Shown: positions 13,226 to 27,700 of the stretch, piece by piece | Layout of the letters: the number at the start of each line of letters is the position of its first letter | Numbering within the stretch: the stretch's first letter is position 1 | Source of the DNA: Raillietiella orientalis | Lineage: Eukaryota | DNA length: 64,000 nt | NCBI GenBank assembly: GCA_036172245.1 | Contig: JAYWIR010000006.1 | Coordinates: 2,170,001 to 2,234,000 of the forward strand | Direction: 5' to 3' | Made by a program: the position numbers and the translations under genes | Notes under the pieces: model-generated | The model's database searches: none | What the model saw: only the letters and a program-made list of their open reading frames with translations | What the model was told of the DNA's origin: nothing

Positions 13226-16200
13226 GATCTCATTACCAGTATCCGCGTTCGGGAGCCACGCGCCCCTCAGGGAAGCACAGACTCGACGTGCCGGGAACAG
13301 TTTCTCAAGCATCCCGAGGGAGGATGGCTTATGACCGCAGGCATGGTGCGCGTAAAGCTCACGGGTCCCCTCTGGAGCTCCCTGGCAAGTCGGTGTGCAC
13401 ATGAATGTCGCCGGCAGCCCCGTGTCCAGCTTTCGCAGACGTCGAACAAAGTGCTCAGGGCAGACCGGTTTGGGGAGCGCAAGTGTTTGAGTCTTCCAGA
13501 GACTTTCTGAAATGAAAAAGTAGAAGAAAACAAAAAATAGGTATCGAATAAAAAAAAAACGAAGGCTTTTGGCATGTTGCTTTTAGCCTGCCGTCTTCCT
13601 ATTGTTTATTCCATGTCACCATCTCCTGGAAGACTGTTCCTGGCGTATTATTTCAGTTTCCTCGAGATGAGCCTTGCCTGGTAAAACCTGGACGCTTTCA
13701 GCTGATTGTGAGGAGTCCACTCCTCTCCCTTCAGCTCGCGATTCCCTGACGAACCGTTTCGATGGGGTGTCAGATGGCGTTTCCATCAAAGCACTACATC
13801 TTTTCAGTAAATTACCAAACTGACAGAGTACCCAGAATTCTTCCCCTCTCCTCCCTACAGTTCTTTCACAGAAACTGGCCCTTCGAGTTAATTTATATCC
13901 TTCTTCTTTGCCTTTTTATGCTTCTTACAAGTAGCCATGGTTCCTTTCGCTTACGGAGCAATATTCTCATCGTTCTCGGCTTGCCCCGTTGTTCTGCAGG
14001 CTCTCCCCTTGTCGAGCCGGACAGCTTCTGTGTTCCTCTCTTCCCTGCCGTTTCGTGAGGATCCGCCAGATTGACTGCCAAACCCAATACTTCCTGGGGT
14101 AAGTTCCCTGGTTGTATGGCCTCGTATTCCTCAGGCATTCATCATCTGTTCGATCGCGGATGAAAATCTGTTGCTTCTGGAAAAAACGCTTTCCCCTTTC
14201 GCAGAAGTTGAGGGCCTGTTGTGGAATTCAGTCCTTTCCGGCCAACCGGAACCTACGGCCTTCCTTTTTTTCCCAGAGATTCCATCAGTTTGCTGATTTC
14301 CTTGGACGCTGCCCGTGACGATTCGCTTCGCAAATCATCCGGGCATTCTTTCTAATCCTGTTCCTCTTATTGTCTAATGAGAAACTCTTTATTCTTGCCT
14401 GCCAGTCTTTGAGGAAGGTCTGCTATTCACTTGGTCCTTCTTTTCCTGATTTTTACGTTTATCTGCTACTCCTCACACTGGGTCTTCTCTTCTTCGCAAT
14501 CGCGAAAGGTTAACCATCTGTCACCCTGACCCTTTATCCTAAGACGGTCGGTTTTCAGGTTTGTGTTTCTCGTACTTGCTTTCATGTGACCTCGACCCTT
14601 CTCGGATGAAGCTACGATGAGGATCGCTTGCTCTTCAAACGGAGCAAAGTGGCGCAGTTGCAGAAATTATAAGTCGCATCGCACAGACCACGAAAATCGC
14701 AGAATATAAGCTATCGATCAGAAGTTAGCAGATATTCACGAATTGACATGTTTCTTTTGAATTTTCTTCAATGTGCTTGAGGGAACAAGGCTTCATCTTA
14801 ATAAAGATTAATGCTCAAGTATTGAAAGCGAGAAGTTCCCAAGGTGTTCTTTTACAACGTGATGCATGCAGGCTGATCACCAACGCGATGGAGCTTTCCG
14901 GTGAAATTCGCGCACCCACACCAAACACAGTCGCTCGTAAGCGCAGGTAGGTGTACCTTGAAAAATTTTTAATGGGAACAACAATTAGGTCGGTAACCAT
15001 GACGACGAACAACGTGAAAGTTCGAATGCACAACAAAAACCTTCGGTGACATAATTTGATTGGCTGGCGGAAAAGACGGAAATGCCTTTCGAATCAGCGG
15101 GAAAGGAGGGAAAAATTGCGCACACGTAATTCAATCTGAAAATTCACCTTCTACTTTTAGGTGACGCTGCAGCGCAGCCAGAAAAACATCGATTCCAGGA
15201 AACCGCGCGGCCTGTAAAGGCAATGGACTTGAAACGCTTGCTGGAAACAGAACACAGATTAGTGAGCTGCTGAAAATGAAGATTCGATTTGAACTGGGAA
15301 TTTTCGAGAGTCGAAATCGACCCCGGGAACGGAATAAGCTTCGAATAGGATGGCGGCGGAATCAGCTCTGGCAAACAACTACTTGAACAACTTTCATTTT
15401 CTCCTCCTCCCTTCCCCCCCTCCCGGCATTCTGAAAGAAGATTTACATTCGTAAAGTTTTTTAGCTTTCTCCAAAAACAACTGCTAACGAAGTACTTGAA
15501 ATTCGAATGGCGCGAAACTTCTAACATGCATTGCCAACCTTCCTCGTGATAAATTTTTCGATCACCGATGTATTTTTTTTTTTTTCCCCATCACTTTTCT
15601 GTAAGAAAAGAATTCATGTCCAAAGGCACTGTAATCTATTGCTCCGAGACCAGTCTTTCCTGTTGCGTGCAGGATCTAGTTATTCAAAGCATTCGTTTAT
15701 GTCGTTAATTGCCATTTGATTACGAAAGAGAAGTCGGGCTCGAAATTTCCATTAAAAAGCGTCTTTCGACATGGATGGAAAATTCAAATTTCAAAAAGAA
15801 ACTTTTTCTAAGGGAAATGTCAGCAGTCTTTAATGGGAAGCGATCCGTGGGGAGGGGGGCTCTGACTTCTGATACAGAAGGAACATTTCAAAATTCAAAC
15901 CGTTCCGCTTTCACCTGAAAGTATTCATACCATATCTCACGATCGATTATTTTCAGATAAAGAGAATCTTAGGAAAATGGACGACCTTAATTTTTTTTTT
16001 TTTTCTTTGAGCGCCCACCGACGGCCACTTTTGTGATTCACCATCCAACACAGTCTAATGGAGGCAGAACTCATTTTTCCAGCTAAGAGCCAATGAATCC
16101 TGCCTTCATTTCCGAGCTGACCAATTTATTTGAAACGCTGGGCAAGTGACCTGAAAATCGACCTGCCTCAATACGGGCTTTGCATAGAAATGCGGCAAGA

Positions 16201-16739
16201 CTTGGTAGCGTGGGTTTCAAGTCGCCCACCTCCTCTTGTAACGCATCCACAGAGACATGCACACAACGAGAGCACCGAATTATACTCGAAATACTATATA
16301 GATATACAATAATGTATGTATTCACAGAGACTGTCGACGCGATGAACTTTGTAATCGGCTAGCGTTTCGCCTTAGGTCAGATAACACGATCTGGCTGCCA
16401 TGGACGTCGTCTCTAGTGAGGAAAAACACGAACGGGAGGTTCAGACTTATGCCGCAAGAAGAGGAAAACCATAGGAAAGGCGTGGGGGGAAGGAACTCTG
16501 TGGTCGGAGATACTCCATTCAGTTTGCGACTCACTCTTTCGGCTGCTTTTCAAAGTTTCTGGTTCCTTGTCGTTCCTTCGAACGCGCGCAGGTCCGTGTC
16601 CCAGTTTCTCCTTGGCCACTGAACAGTGATCAGAGCCCTCGCAGAGGATCCGGAAAGGGAGAAAAAAAAAAAAAGCCCTTTGGGTACTCGCTGCCGACGG
16701 ATGTGGATCTCCGGAGCGAATGGAGATTGAGGATGAGTG

Positions 16740-18720
16740 AAATTAGCAAGCGTCAAGAACACTCGGTCTACCTTTTGTTTCATAATCATCCATAATGACG
16801 TGCTCTTCTTCACGGTGCAGGGGCAGCTAGAACACTTGAATTCCGGAGACGGGTTCGGGTGCAGATTCCTGTGCATGACTATCCACCAGTACCGGGAAGG
16901 AGGGGAGAGGGGGAATACCCTTCGAGATGATCCACCTAGGCAGCATCCGGCCAAACTGATTCCCAGTGCTTTCGAGGGTTCAAGTGCTCAAGGGATCCAA
17001 CTCTGGTTCAGACAGGACGCGTCCGTTCCCAAGGAGCAATCTGCATGAAGTACGGCATCAGAGTGTCTCTGGAGGACCTGCCAAATCAGGCAGTCCTCCG
17101 AGTGGGGAGCTCCCGTTAACCGACAGTGTTAGGGTGCTTTTCCCAAACTGCCTTCCGCGGCGCGGAAGGAAACCGCGCTCTCTGCCGACAGTTCCAGATT
17201 TCTTCTTGAGCGCGGAAGCGTCGACGGAGGGGGAGCGGGGGTGGAGGCAGGGAAAAGCAAGCACGCGACTCGCATCTTTGTGCCATCTCATTCTCCAGGG
17301 CGGGGTGGCCCACGCTCACGAGAGGGCACCAGAAATCCGCCCGAGGAATCACGCGCGTCCAGACCGACCGTCTTGAGGGATGCAAAGAGGCGAGGCGCGA
17401 GAACTTCTCTTCCTTTAGGGGATGAAGATCTCCCGAAGACCCGAAAAGTTTTCTTTTTGGAGGGGGGTAGGGAGGAAGAAGGAGACCGCTCTTTCGGATG
17501 TCTCGTGCAGTGGATGTTCTGGCCAGAAAAGACGAAAAATTTACTCTGAATGTCAGGGGGATGCAGAGGGAGGGGAGGGAGGAGGGGAAAAACCCAGCTC
17601 CCCTGCTGACCCCACCACATCGTGAAAAATCCACCCGCTTCCGTGCTCCTTGTCCACCCCCGTGTGGCACAAGACGGAAGACCGTCTGGCCGCGCCGGAA
17701 GTCCTGCAGCTTGCCGTCACATCCGGAGGGAAGAGCCAACATACCATCCTCTCTTGCTCCCGTGTCGCTACGTTGCGGCGCTTCCTCTTTAAGTACTTCG
17801 CCCCGCTTCGTTGCTGCGTTGCCGTTGGCAACCGTTTTCCCTGGGCGGGTGGAACATTTCAACAGTCGGCTTGGAAGCAGGGACTTCCTCTCGAGCGGCT
17901 GCGAGTCCCGGGCGCCACTCAGGGGCAGCCGGAGCGGCCGAGAGGATGAAGGTCGCAGAATCAACTGAAGTGGTGATGACTGGCGGTGATTCCGGCGGCT
18001 GCAGCGCAGAACGAAAATTAGGTGGTGGTTCGTGGAGGAGAGGGAGGCAGGGGAAGAGGGGGGGTGCTCCTCTCCCAAAACCTGCAGATCACTTCCCTTC
18101 CCGACCACCGCATCCCTTCCTTGAGCCCCGAAATCGCCGACCGACGTGGTCCTCTCGTGAAGGCATGGCAGTCGGTGAAGCCAAGGTCGGCGCTCCGAGA
18201 CCTCGAAAGGCGCCGTCGTAGACGCTGCCGCGCCGTCCACGAGAGCCCCCCGGCAAGCAGCTCTGGAAGACAGCGAGACGAAAGAACGATCCTACTCTTC
18301 ACCTCCAGCGTGTTCCTGGCTGCAGAGGAGGTAGCCGTCGTAGGATCCTTGGCTTTGCAGGATCCGGAGAGAGACCAAGACGCTGAAGACGCCGGAGAAA
18401 GCAGACGGTCTGTGCTGTTAGGCATCTGCTGTTTTCGGGATACACACCCGGAGGTCAGAATAGGTCGGAAGCCTAAACCAAGCTCGTCCTCACGGACAAT
18501 CAGCTCGGAAGAAGATATCGCACGTAGCAACCAGACCGGAAGCGATGGCACAGGGACTCTTTTCTTGAGTCCTTCGAGGGCGCTCTCCACAGGTAGGTCG
18601 AACTGCCCATTGAGCGTAACTGTTGGAAAAGATGAGTTCGAAGCAGGGAGATCGACTGCCATGGCAACCGCCGCGGGTGAGACTGCTCGAAGCGAGCAAT
18701 CCCTATGGAGCTTCGGAGCC
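16740..18720 (-). mobile_element. Possible heavily decayed non-LTR retrotransposon relic
   Basis: Minus-strand peptide LKKRVPVPSLPVWLLRAISSSELIVREDELG...TSG (~18450-18580) loosely resembles the RT segment before the GVPQG motif. Downstream, CSSCP followed after a frameshift by EEEHVIMD (~16785-16835) resembles the C-terminal CxxC...H knuckle. No intact QG or YADD motif seen. Confidence 0.25.
17372..17705 (+). repeat. Interspersed repeat family B, copy 2
   Basis: Diverged direct repeat of 12885-13225. Confidence 0.8.
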
Positions 18721-21700
18721 TCATCGCAACTGGCTTCTTGCAACCAATGAAAGCGCCGCCCCGGGCGCACTGCGCGCTCTCCGAGAACGACACTGCTTAT
18801 TCTGGGAAGGGGGAGGAAGGGGGAGAGAAGCTGTGTCCCTCCGGCGCTAGATGGGAGCGTTCGAAAGGTCGCTTCGGCTGTGCCGAGTGTCGGACCGCAC
18901 GCGCCATCACGCAACTCGTCCACTCGCGTGGACGTCGCGAGTGGTCGAGCTGGAGGAAGCAGGCAGCAAGGAAGGAAGGGAATAAACCGCGATACTCAGG
19001 GAGATCACCCTCCCACCATCGCTCGCCCACGCGTATCCCTGGAGGACCCCTGGCTGCCCTTCGTCCGACGGCCACCAGAGACCTTTCCGAGGGGCGGCAG
19101 GCATCGGGCATGCTGGACGAAGTCTCGAGCCGGTTCCCGGGAATCTGCCTCTCGCAAGAACGCCCTCCTTCCAGCCACGGTCCCTCGGGAGCAGCGTGCA
19201 AGCCTCTTCTCGGTCCAGATGCGAGCAGAGTAGAGTCGGAAGGGGAGGGGGGAGGAACATGAGTGAGAAGGGCGCTGCTTCTTTCTGAATGCTGCGAGGC
19301 TTCGTCTCCCTGCTTGCACCACAGTCCAGGGGGCGACTGCGTATGAGAAAACGGCGAGGCGGCGAGTGGAAAGGGTGGGCCAAGGACCTCTTCGTTACCG
19401 AAGAGGGTCGCGTCCAAGGGACCCCACCGCCACAGGCATACGCCCCCCTGCTCCTCTCCTTAGGGCGAACCTCGTTTCGTCCGCCCGGAGCTGCCAGGGA
19501 GCTTTCGCCGCTCTGCCCTTCGAGAGCGATCTTTGTGGGCTTCCTGCATCCTTGCCCGGCCAGAACTGCGGGGCAGGGCGAAGGCGGGGGCCTGCACGCC
19601 GGCGGAGTCTGCCGCCGACAGCCCTGGGCAGGATGCGATCCAGGTCAAGCGAGCCCGCGCTTCTCCTCATCCTCGTTGCGCTGCTGATAGCCCCGCTGCT
19701 GCCGCGCACTCTCTGGCCACTGAGAAGGGCGGAGTTTTCCGAGGTCCAAGAAGACGGAGAAGCGCTGCTGCCCCGATCGGTCCCGGGTCTCCGGGCGAAA
19801 GGAAGTCCCTCCAGCCTTGTTTCGCCAGACGGGAAAGCGGCAAAGTTACGACCGGAACGTCCTTCCGCGCGCACCGGCAGCAGCAGCGGACCCTTGAGGA
19901 GGGTGGGGGAACTGTTGGCCTCCCCGTCAGCGGCCATACCCCTTTCGCCGCAGTGGCGCCTTTCTCTTTCGAGATCCACGGCGTCAGCTCACCAGCGAGC
20001 CGGGAAGTTTCCTGCGAGACGTCAGGAAGCAGGGAACCTCCAGGCGGCTGGACCGCGCCTCAGCTCCCTGACGTCCAACAGACATAGACCCTCCCGGAGG
20101 AACTCGTTCGCCGGAGCAGATTCTTTGGCACCCCGCCGGAAGAGGTAGAGATGGCGTCCCGGTGATCGCGAGCAACTGCGTGCCTCCTCCTCAGGTGCCA
20201 GCAGCAGTCGGGGCGCTGCCGACGTTGCGCCGGGCGCTCCCGTGCAACGCGCCTCGCCACCGCTGAGCGACCTGCTCCAGAAGGGCGCAGGGGGCAGGAA
20301 CACCTTCTTCCACCTGCTCGTGAGACGTGACGCCGTGGGAATGTGTCTCCTACGCCGATGGGCAGCCCATAAGACGACAGCCTGATGAAGCTCTTCGTAG
20401 GGGAGCTCCTGGTCGCCAGCTGCCGCAGTCGCAGAGCTGTGCCGTCCACGCGGAACCTTCACCTCCGAGCACGACGATGCCGAGAGACGACGGCACGGAG
20501 GAGCTACCGCTCTCTCCGCCATCCGGGTCCTTCGGATCGTGGCGGGGTAGGGCTCACCTGCACAGCCACTAAGAGGAGTTCGCTGGAACCCTGCGAGGGA
20601 TGCAGGGGACCCCACATCGCAGGATGCGATCCCTCCCCAAGTCTTATCCTATCCCCAGTTCCCATCTTCCTTGACGTTGTGGACCTCGTCCGCGAACCGG
20701 CCTATGGATTGTTCCGCCTTGGAGGGTTGCAAAAGTCCCCACCGACTCCTGTCTGTTTATTTTCAAGGAAAAATGGGCGCCCCTGGGGCACTGGGTGTAA
20801 AGGTGGGAGGAAACCCCCGCGTACGGTTGCGACACCTGCTTCCCACCCCTCTCTGCCGCCTGGCTTGTGGGCAGAGGAATTGCTGGCTGCTGTCCTCTAT
20901 CTTCCCGATGACGTCAGACCGCTGCGGCGAAGCCAGGAGGCTCTAGTCCCCTGCTCGGCTCAGGTGCGTCCGCGAGGACCCGCCATCACGGACCGGAAGG
21001 TGGCAACCACGGACAGACTCCCCGCAGACTTCTAGAGTGCTCGAGCATGGAGTCCTCCCCGAGGTCTCAGCTGCGCTCGGTTCCACGGTTGCCGTGGCAC
21101 CGAGGTCCTGCACACGGTTTGTTCCGGACCTCCCGCGATCGTGACCCACGTCCAGCTGCGCTTGCTTTGCGCGAAGAGACTGAGCGCGCCAGGGCTGGCT
21201 TGCGAAGGAGCAAGGCAGTGGCCCCTCGTTCTCGCGGGCCCAGCATCCGGGGATCAGCCAGAGTTCAGCGTCGGCGACGTTCAAAGAGCCCTTCTTCCCC
21301 CTCCTCCCCCCCTTCGCTCGCTCGCGGACACTGGAAGCGCGCCGCGCCGTTTCCTTCTTGCGACCCAGCAAGGGCCGCGGATGCAGGAAATAGCGCCACA
21401 TGCCCCGGGGAAATCGGGGAGGCTGCGAGGCGGTGGCGCTCCACGGCGAGAACGAGAATCTGCGCTTCTGCAACCGCCGGGGAATTCAGGAGTTCCCGCG
21501 GGTGTGGGCAGGATAGGGAGCCCGCGGACTCGGAGCTCGGAGGCAATGTATCGGTCAAGGTCACAATGAGTTATGGGCCCAGGGGAAGAGGGGGAGGGGG
21601 AGGAAGACCGACTCGACCGAGGTGGCGAGCGGCTCTCGGCTCTTCAGGGGAAGACGTGAGGCGGAGGAGGTGACCTCGGGTTCTCGTGCCACGGCGGTGC

Positions 21701-24700
21701 CTCTTCTTCTCCCCGCGGCCACCCCTCGACGCGGATCCTCTTCGAGGAGGAAGATGGAGATGAAAGGTCTATCATCTTCAGCAGCGGAAATCGATGGCGG
21801 TGGCAGCCGGTGAGCCGAGGAAAAAAAGAAAGGAAAAGGAGGAATGGGGAGAGGATTGGGGAGAGTCCAAGACACTCCCAGAGAGAGTGGGAGAGGCAGC
21901 TCAGCTGAAGGCGCCAGTGGAAAGGCGGGAACGCTCCTTCCCACTCGAGCTCCGCACCTTTTCGCAGCGACGTTGGGAGCATGGTGGAGTCGAAGGCAGG
22001 GCGAAGGGCGCCAGCAGCGAACCTTCCCAACGTGGGCCCTCTGTGGAAGATTCTGGCTCCGCGAACCTAGCGACCACCACTCTCCCCGTCCGTACCGCCA
22101 GCGGCGAAGGAGCCGAGAGGCAGGACGCGCCCTTAGCGGTCCCGGCTTAGGTGAAAGGGTCCGAAAGGTCTCCCTCCCGTGACCACCTCCCCCGCGATTC
22201 ATCCTCGAGTTCGCTCCGCAGACGGAAGCCCCTGCCGCCCGAAAAATCAGGGAGCTTCCCGGAGCCCATCGATTGCTGGATTCACGGTCGGGGATTCGCC
22301 CGAGGCGCGAAAGCGGCTGATGAGATGCTGGACGAATGGAGCTTCGCTCCCTAGCCACTTCCGAAGAGAGATCGGTTCGCGTCGCGATCGGAGAGGAGCC
22401 TCTCCTGTAAGTATTTCTATGACTCCCCCCGGCGCGCACACCTCGTCTGTCCTCCCTTTCGTCCGTTTTCGGGAGCTTTTGGGGAACTTTGGGAGAGGCA
22501 TGGAGGCTGTGTGAGAGGGAAAGAGGAGCGGGGGATGGAAAGGAGGTAGCAGACTGTACCTCTCAAACGCTCACGCAAGGACGTGAGCACCTCCTTCCGA
22601 ATAGCGCCCGCGACTCCCGGAGTGCCGCTATATCCACACGGACGTCCTCCATCTGCTCCCGACGCGGGGAGCCTCACCCAGAGGCCGAAGGCCAGAGGGA
22701 GGAGATCGCCCACAGTCGCACGCGGTGCTCTCGCCCCTGCCCCAGAAGAAGGAAAAGGCGCTTAGCCTAGCAGCCTGGGAGCATCAGGAAGTGGACGGGG
22801 GTGGAGGCTGACCTCTCGTGCGATCCGACGGCCCCCACCATCGGACTCTGTCCCCACGCCGCACTCAGCTCCGAAGGACGTCCCACGTCGGGTAGCGCCC
22901 AGAGTCGAGCCACTTCCCGAATGCTCCGAGGACGCTGGGCGCATCCTCCGGGCGGGACTCCGCCAACCCTTCCGAGCTGACCGAGCTTATCGCATATGCG
23001 GGAGGTGCTCGGGCGCGCGTCCTGGATCGCTGCGGGAAGATTCCAGCCATGGCGCAGGGAGGCGCAACAGTCCAGCGAACGCACCGCCGATGGGAGGCGG
23101 CCTAGGGAGGGTGGCATCTATCCACCCGATGCCTGGAGACAACACTGGAGTACTCCTCGGGCTACAGGTCAAAATTCGGGTATCCACACACCATCCGACT
23201 ACGCGAGCACTTTGCACAAGCACCCGAGGGCTCGCGACAGGGAGAAGGGACCGGAGGGCAGATCGCGCGAAGAGCAGCTCTTTGCCTGCTTCCGCAGTGC
23301 AGACTCCAGGTTTCCGTGGGCGCCGGACAAGCTGCCACCTCGCGGCAGAAGGACGCTTGACCTCGCTTGCGCTGGCCACTTTGGGCCCGCGGATTCTCGT
23401 CGGAGACGCTCGGCCGAAGACGGCACGCAGTCCGTTCGAGATTGCACATGCAATGACCTCGCTCTTCAGGAAGCCATCGGAGAGTCGAAGGGAGGGAAGC
23501 ACGCCGTTTCCGGAGAACCTTCGCTTTCCGAGCGCCGAGGCTGTCCCTCCAGAAGACGTAGGAAGTTGAGGAAGACACTCCTGAAGGTGAATGGAGGCGG
23601 AAGGGAATTTCTTGGGGGAAAGGCACTTCTGTCGTCGCCGCTCCTGCAGCCCTGCTGACACTTCCGCATATGCTGCTCCTGCCTGCAGTGGTGATGCCTC
23701 CGATGCTAATGCTCCCGCTGACGGCACGGCTGCCTGTGAGGTTCACTTCTCTGGTCGTGCAGATGTTGCTGGTGCCGATGGAGGCCTACCGCGTGCTGAG
23801 AGTCCCGGTTTCGACCGTGTTGCTGGTCCTGCTCCCGCCGAGGCTGATGCGGCCTCCGCAGATGGCGGTGGTGCTCCTGATGCTGGTCGATGCTTCCGCG
23901 GCTGCTAATCTCCCGGAAGCTGAGGAGGATGCCGGAAGCCCGTCCTCCGTCCGCGAGAAGGATTCGCCGCTCCCGGACATGTCATGCCGGAGCACGTGGC
24001 ACTGAGAGCGCCGGGAGTAACGCCAGCAGGAGTGATCGCATGTCACTGGAGCAAGAATTCCGAGAGACCGCTCTGGAAGATTCCTGCGAAGCACCGAGAC
24101 CGAGGAACTGAAGAACTGATATGGCTTATCCGCGTCCACAGATGTGGACTGAAGCTTCAAGAGTCGGAAAATGCCTGAGATCTGTGCAGCTGCGGAGTGG
24201 TCCAGGCAGACTGACTTCAGGAAACTCCCATCTTGCTGTTGCGTGATGGAGTTGGTGTTCCGGTGACGCGGAGGCAAGACGAAGACCTCGACCGGAAATC
24301 CGTCTGGGTGAGCTCGTGGGAACCGGAGGAAATCCCCTCCCTTGTCCGCGGCAACAGGAAATGGGGGACGCAAGAAGATTTCGTAAGCAGCAGCGTTTGT
24401 CTCGTAATCCACGGTTTCCGTTTCCGTTCCGGTGCCGCCATCGACGACTGCGAAACGCGGATACCAGTCTGCACGTAATTTTCAATGACTCTCGAGGATC
24501 GTGTGAGAGTCACGCGGTTGTGAGGAACCAGGATGAGCACGTGACCAGGACTCCGACCCCATTAGAACCGACTTTGAAGAGAGCGCGGACTGGAGAGCCG
24601 GTCTGGCGTCGCGGAAGGAGTCCCGAACTGGTTCGTCCGACCTTGTCGAAGGGATGAAGGTTGAAAACAGGACCGAATCAGCTAATGCTGGATGTTTGGG

Positions 24701-27700
24701 GACATACCCGAGGTTACCGAGCAGATCACTGGGAAGACTCGACAGCTCTGCTCGGGTTTCTAAGAGTGCAGAATCCAATTCGACGTTGCCACCCGGTCAT
24801 GCAGGGCGTTTATTGATTGAAATGAATTCACAACTATCATGGTGATGTACGAAGCCCACTACAGCCAATTCTACACTGGGCCTGCCGTATCGCCGGTAGG
24901 CAGACCGGAATAAAATACCGTGGCAGCGGAAGAAGATGGGAGAAAAATAAAAATGAATAAAAACACTCTGGAGGGTCGGGGGACCACTGTCCACCAGAAT
25001 CGATAGGTCGGTCCGAATAGGTCAACAGTCCGCAGGAAGCGAACTGCAATCTGGACAGCATCCTTCTCGTTTCTTCCTCCGTCAGCTTCGCTCCAGGCCG
25101 CCGCAATCCCGCGGATGCAGCAAAGCGCTTCTGGGGCTGCGGCTGGCTGCAGAGCATCTTTTTCAAAAAGAAAGTGTAAAACTTCCGTGAGGGTGCCAAC
25201 CGGGATCCAGAGGGTTGTTCCAAAACGTTCCCAAAGGGTCCGGAGGGCAACACAGTGCACTAGCAGATGCGGGAGGGATTCCCGTTTCCCATAACCTGCA
25301 ACAGTCCTGACTAGCCCTTCCCGGCGTCTGGTGGTGTCAGCGAGAGTTGCAGGGAAGACCCCAGCGCAACAGCAGAAGTGCCGACTCCCACCTTTCAGAG
25401 GAAGGATGCTGCTATTCCTGAACACTAGGGGCTACTCCAGGTCTTCTCTATGAATAACGAGCAGCTCGCCTCAGCGCTGTAATCCTCGTGGAAGGGCACT
25501 CGGGCTCGAGGCGTCTGCCAGCTGCTCCATGGTCCATCCACTCATGGTCTTCCTCCTGCCTGCGATCTCTCGGGAGACTTCCATCTTGACGGTTGGCTGC
25601 TGCCGGGTGCCCTTCTCAGGAAGGGTATCGTTGCAGCGGGCGCAGATGCCGAGTCGCAGGCAGTTTTGCTCTTTGGACCTCGGCCCGTTCACCTTCGCCC
25701 ACGTGCCAACTGCTCTAGCCAAGCGCTAGAGCTGTCAGGAATCCGATTCGGCGAGAAACGGGACGAACGGAGGAAAGAACAAGGAAAGAAGGGAGCAGGA
25801 GGAGGGATGCGGTGATGTTCCTGGTGGTTTCAGGTGCGTTCGCGGTCTGCATCGCGGCATCGGCATCCTGCATTCCGAGCCTCCTCGCCAGCGTGGGGAC
25901 TCGTCGATACCGGGGCTCCTATGGCATCCTGAAAGATGCTCCCAGGATAGGAGCTCGCCATCTTCTTTCGATCTCTAGGACGCATTTCCGCAGATCAGGG
26001 ATCTCCGTCGTCCGCTGAGTTATCTCTCCCTGCAGCAATTCCGAGCCCCTCGCGGGGTAGTCGGTCTTCCCTCCGCCCTCCGAAAGATGCTCCTGGGAAC
26101 TGGTTGCCAAGGGTGATCAAGCAGCGAAAAATCAAAACAAACCGAATAAAGCGGATGCGAGTATCTCGGACATTTCGTTTTCTGGAGAACAACGATGAAG
26201 GTCGCACGGATTTGCCAGCTTCGGATCGATGCAAATCCTGACATCTAGAGGCTACGGGTGGAAGCAAAAGGCTCGAGGAAAAAGTCACCGAAGTGTTGGC
26301 AGATCCCTGCGCCGGGATGAGCTGCAAGAAGGTATCTCTGCCAACGGTTGCTGGGGCGCCCACAGATTTTCGGAAGTTTCTCGAGGGCCTGTTCGCATCC
26401 ACCGGGTTCAGGACAGCTCCACCGTGCCCGCACCCAAACTTTCGACGCGACGAAACGTTTGGTCTCTTTCCAGGAATGTTGGGATGAACGGAGTGGGATG
26501 CTGCCTGACTGCTTCCTGGTCGTGTGTCACACCCGGATTGCTGCGGGAGAATTCCAACCACGGTGCCTCGGGAGGCGCTCTGTGACCGTCCGGTGAACGC
26601 TGAGCAGATGCCCAGGCGGAAAGGAACCCTTCTTCACAGGACGGGAAGAAGAGCAGAGGCGCAGCACGTCGGTTTCTCCCTTGCAGCCACCGTGAAGCCG
26701 AGCAGACCCTGCCGGGGGATCAGTAGCGGAGGTGAGGAGCAACCAACAAGATCCACCTCGGTTCGTCTCGAGCTGCCCTCACCGGGCCGGTTCACCGCTC
26801 ACAGCAATCAGGACTTCCTGCTGTCCGGATGCGGATCGCGGTTCTAGAATCGGTCGGTCCAACTTTTCGCAGAGGGGGACGAACCGCGCTCGCGCCGTCG
26901 CCTCCTGCAGACACGTCGGGAACAGCGGAGACTGTGCGAAGCGCCCTCCGAACGAGCCGAGTTTCGGGTGGGAAAGTGTCGTCCGCAAGGTAAACAGAAA
27001 GGAGATAATGTTTGCTCCTCGCCCCATTTCCTGCAGTTAAGCGTTCGGGAGAAAGCATAAGGAGGACGCGTATGGTCTAGGACTCGACGATGACCGCTTC
27101 GGTTCTCATCATCATCTCACATCGGGGACAACCTGCTCTCGTTCGAGGACCGGCAGTCGGAAAGGGGGCAGACAGGTAGGGGTGGGGGTGAAAGGTGAAA
27201 GCGGAAGACCCCAGCCGATTCGTGACCGACGTCAAACGAACCTTTGCGTTCTGCCGGGGACGACGGAGGAAAGACTGGGTGACGAGCGAACGAAAAACGG
27301 CTACACCGCGCTGTGCAGCGAAATTCCTTGGACGTCGTAAACAGGCGCCATTAATGGAATCCTTTTCCCTTTTTCCTTTTGTCCTCCTTTCCTCCTCCTC
27401 CTTCTCTCCTCTCCATTATGGATTCCGTGGTTATCCATTTTGGGGGAAGAGAGTGTGTGTGCCTCAGAGTCTTGAAGCTTCGCACCGACGAACAAAGTCA
27501 AGTTTTTTTTTTTTCCTTCCGGAAGGAGTATGGGACATCCTCTGGAGACGATCCGCCTCTTCTGAACAATGCGCGCTTGTTCAGTGCCGGACGACAACTG
27601 AAGCGCCTGTGAACACCATCAAAAGGTGGAGATGCCACCTTTTGATGGTTTAGTAATTTTGGCAGCATCTCCTTCGCCCTCTCTTCCGTTTATGTCTCTA

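Noticed and set aside
20585..20635. CEGCRGPHIAGC zinc-knuckle-like peptide; similar isolated Cys motifs at ~25630-25665 (minus) and ~62895
   Set aside because: Isolated short motifs without supporting gag or ORF1 context; possible retroelement debris but not callable.
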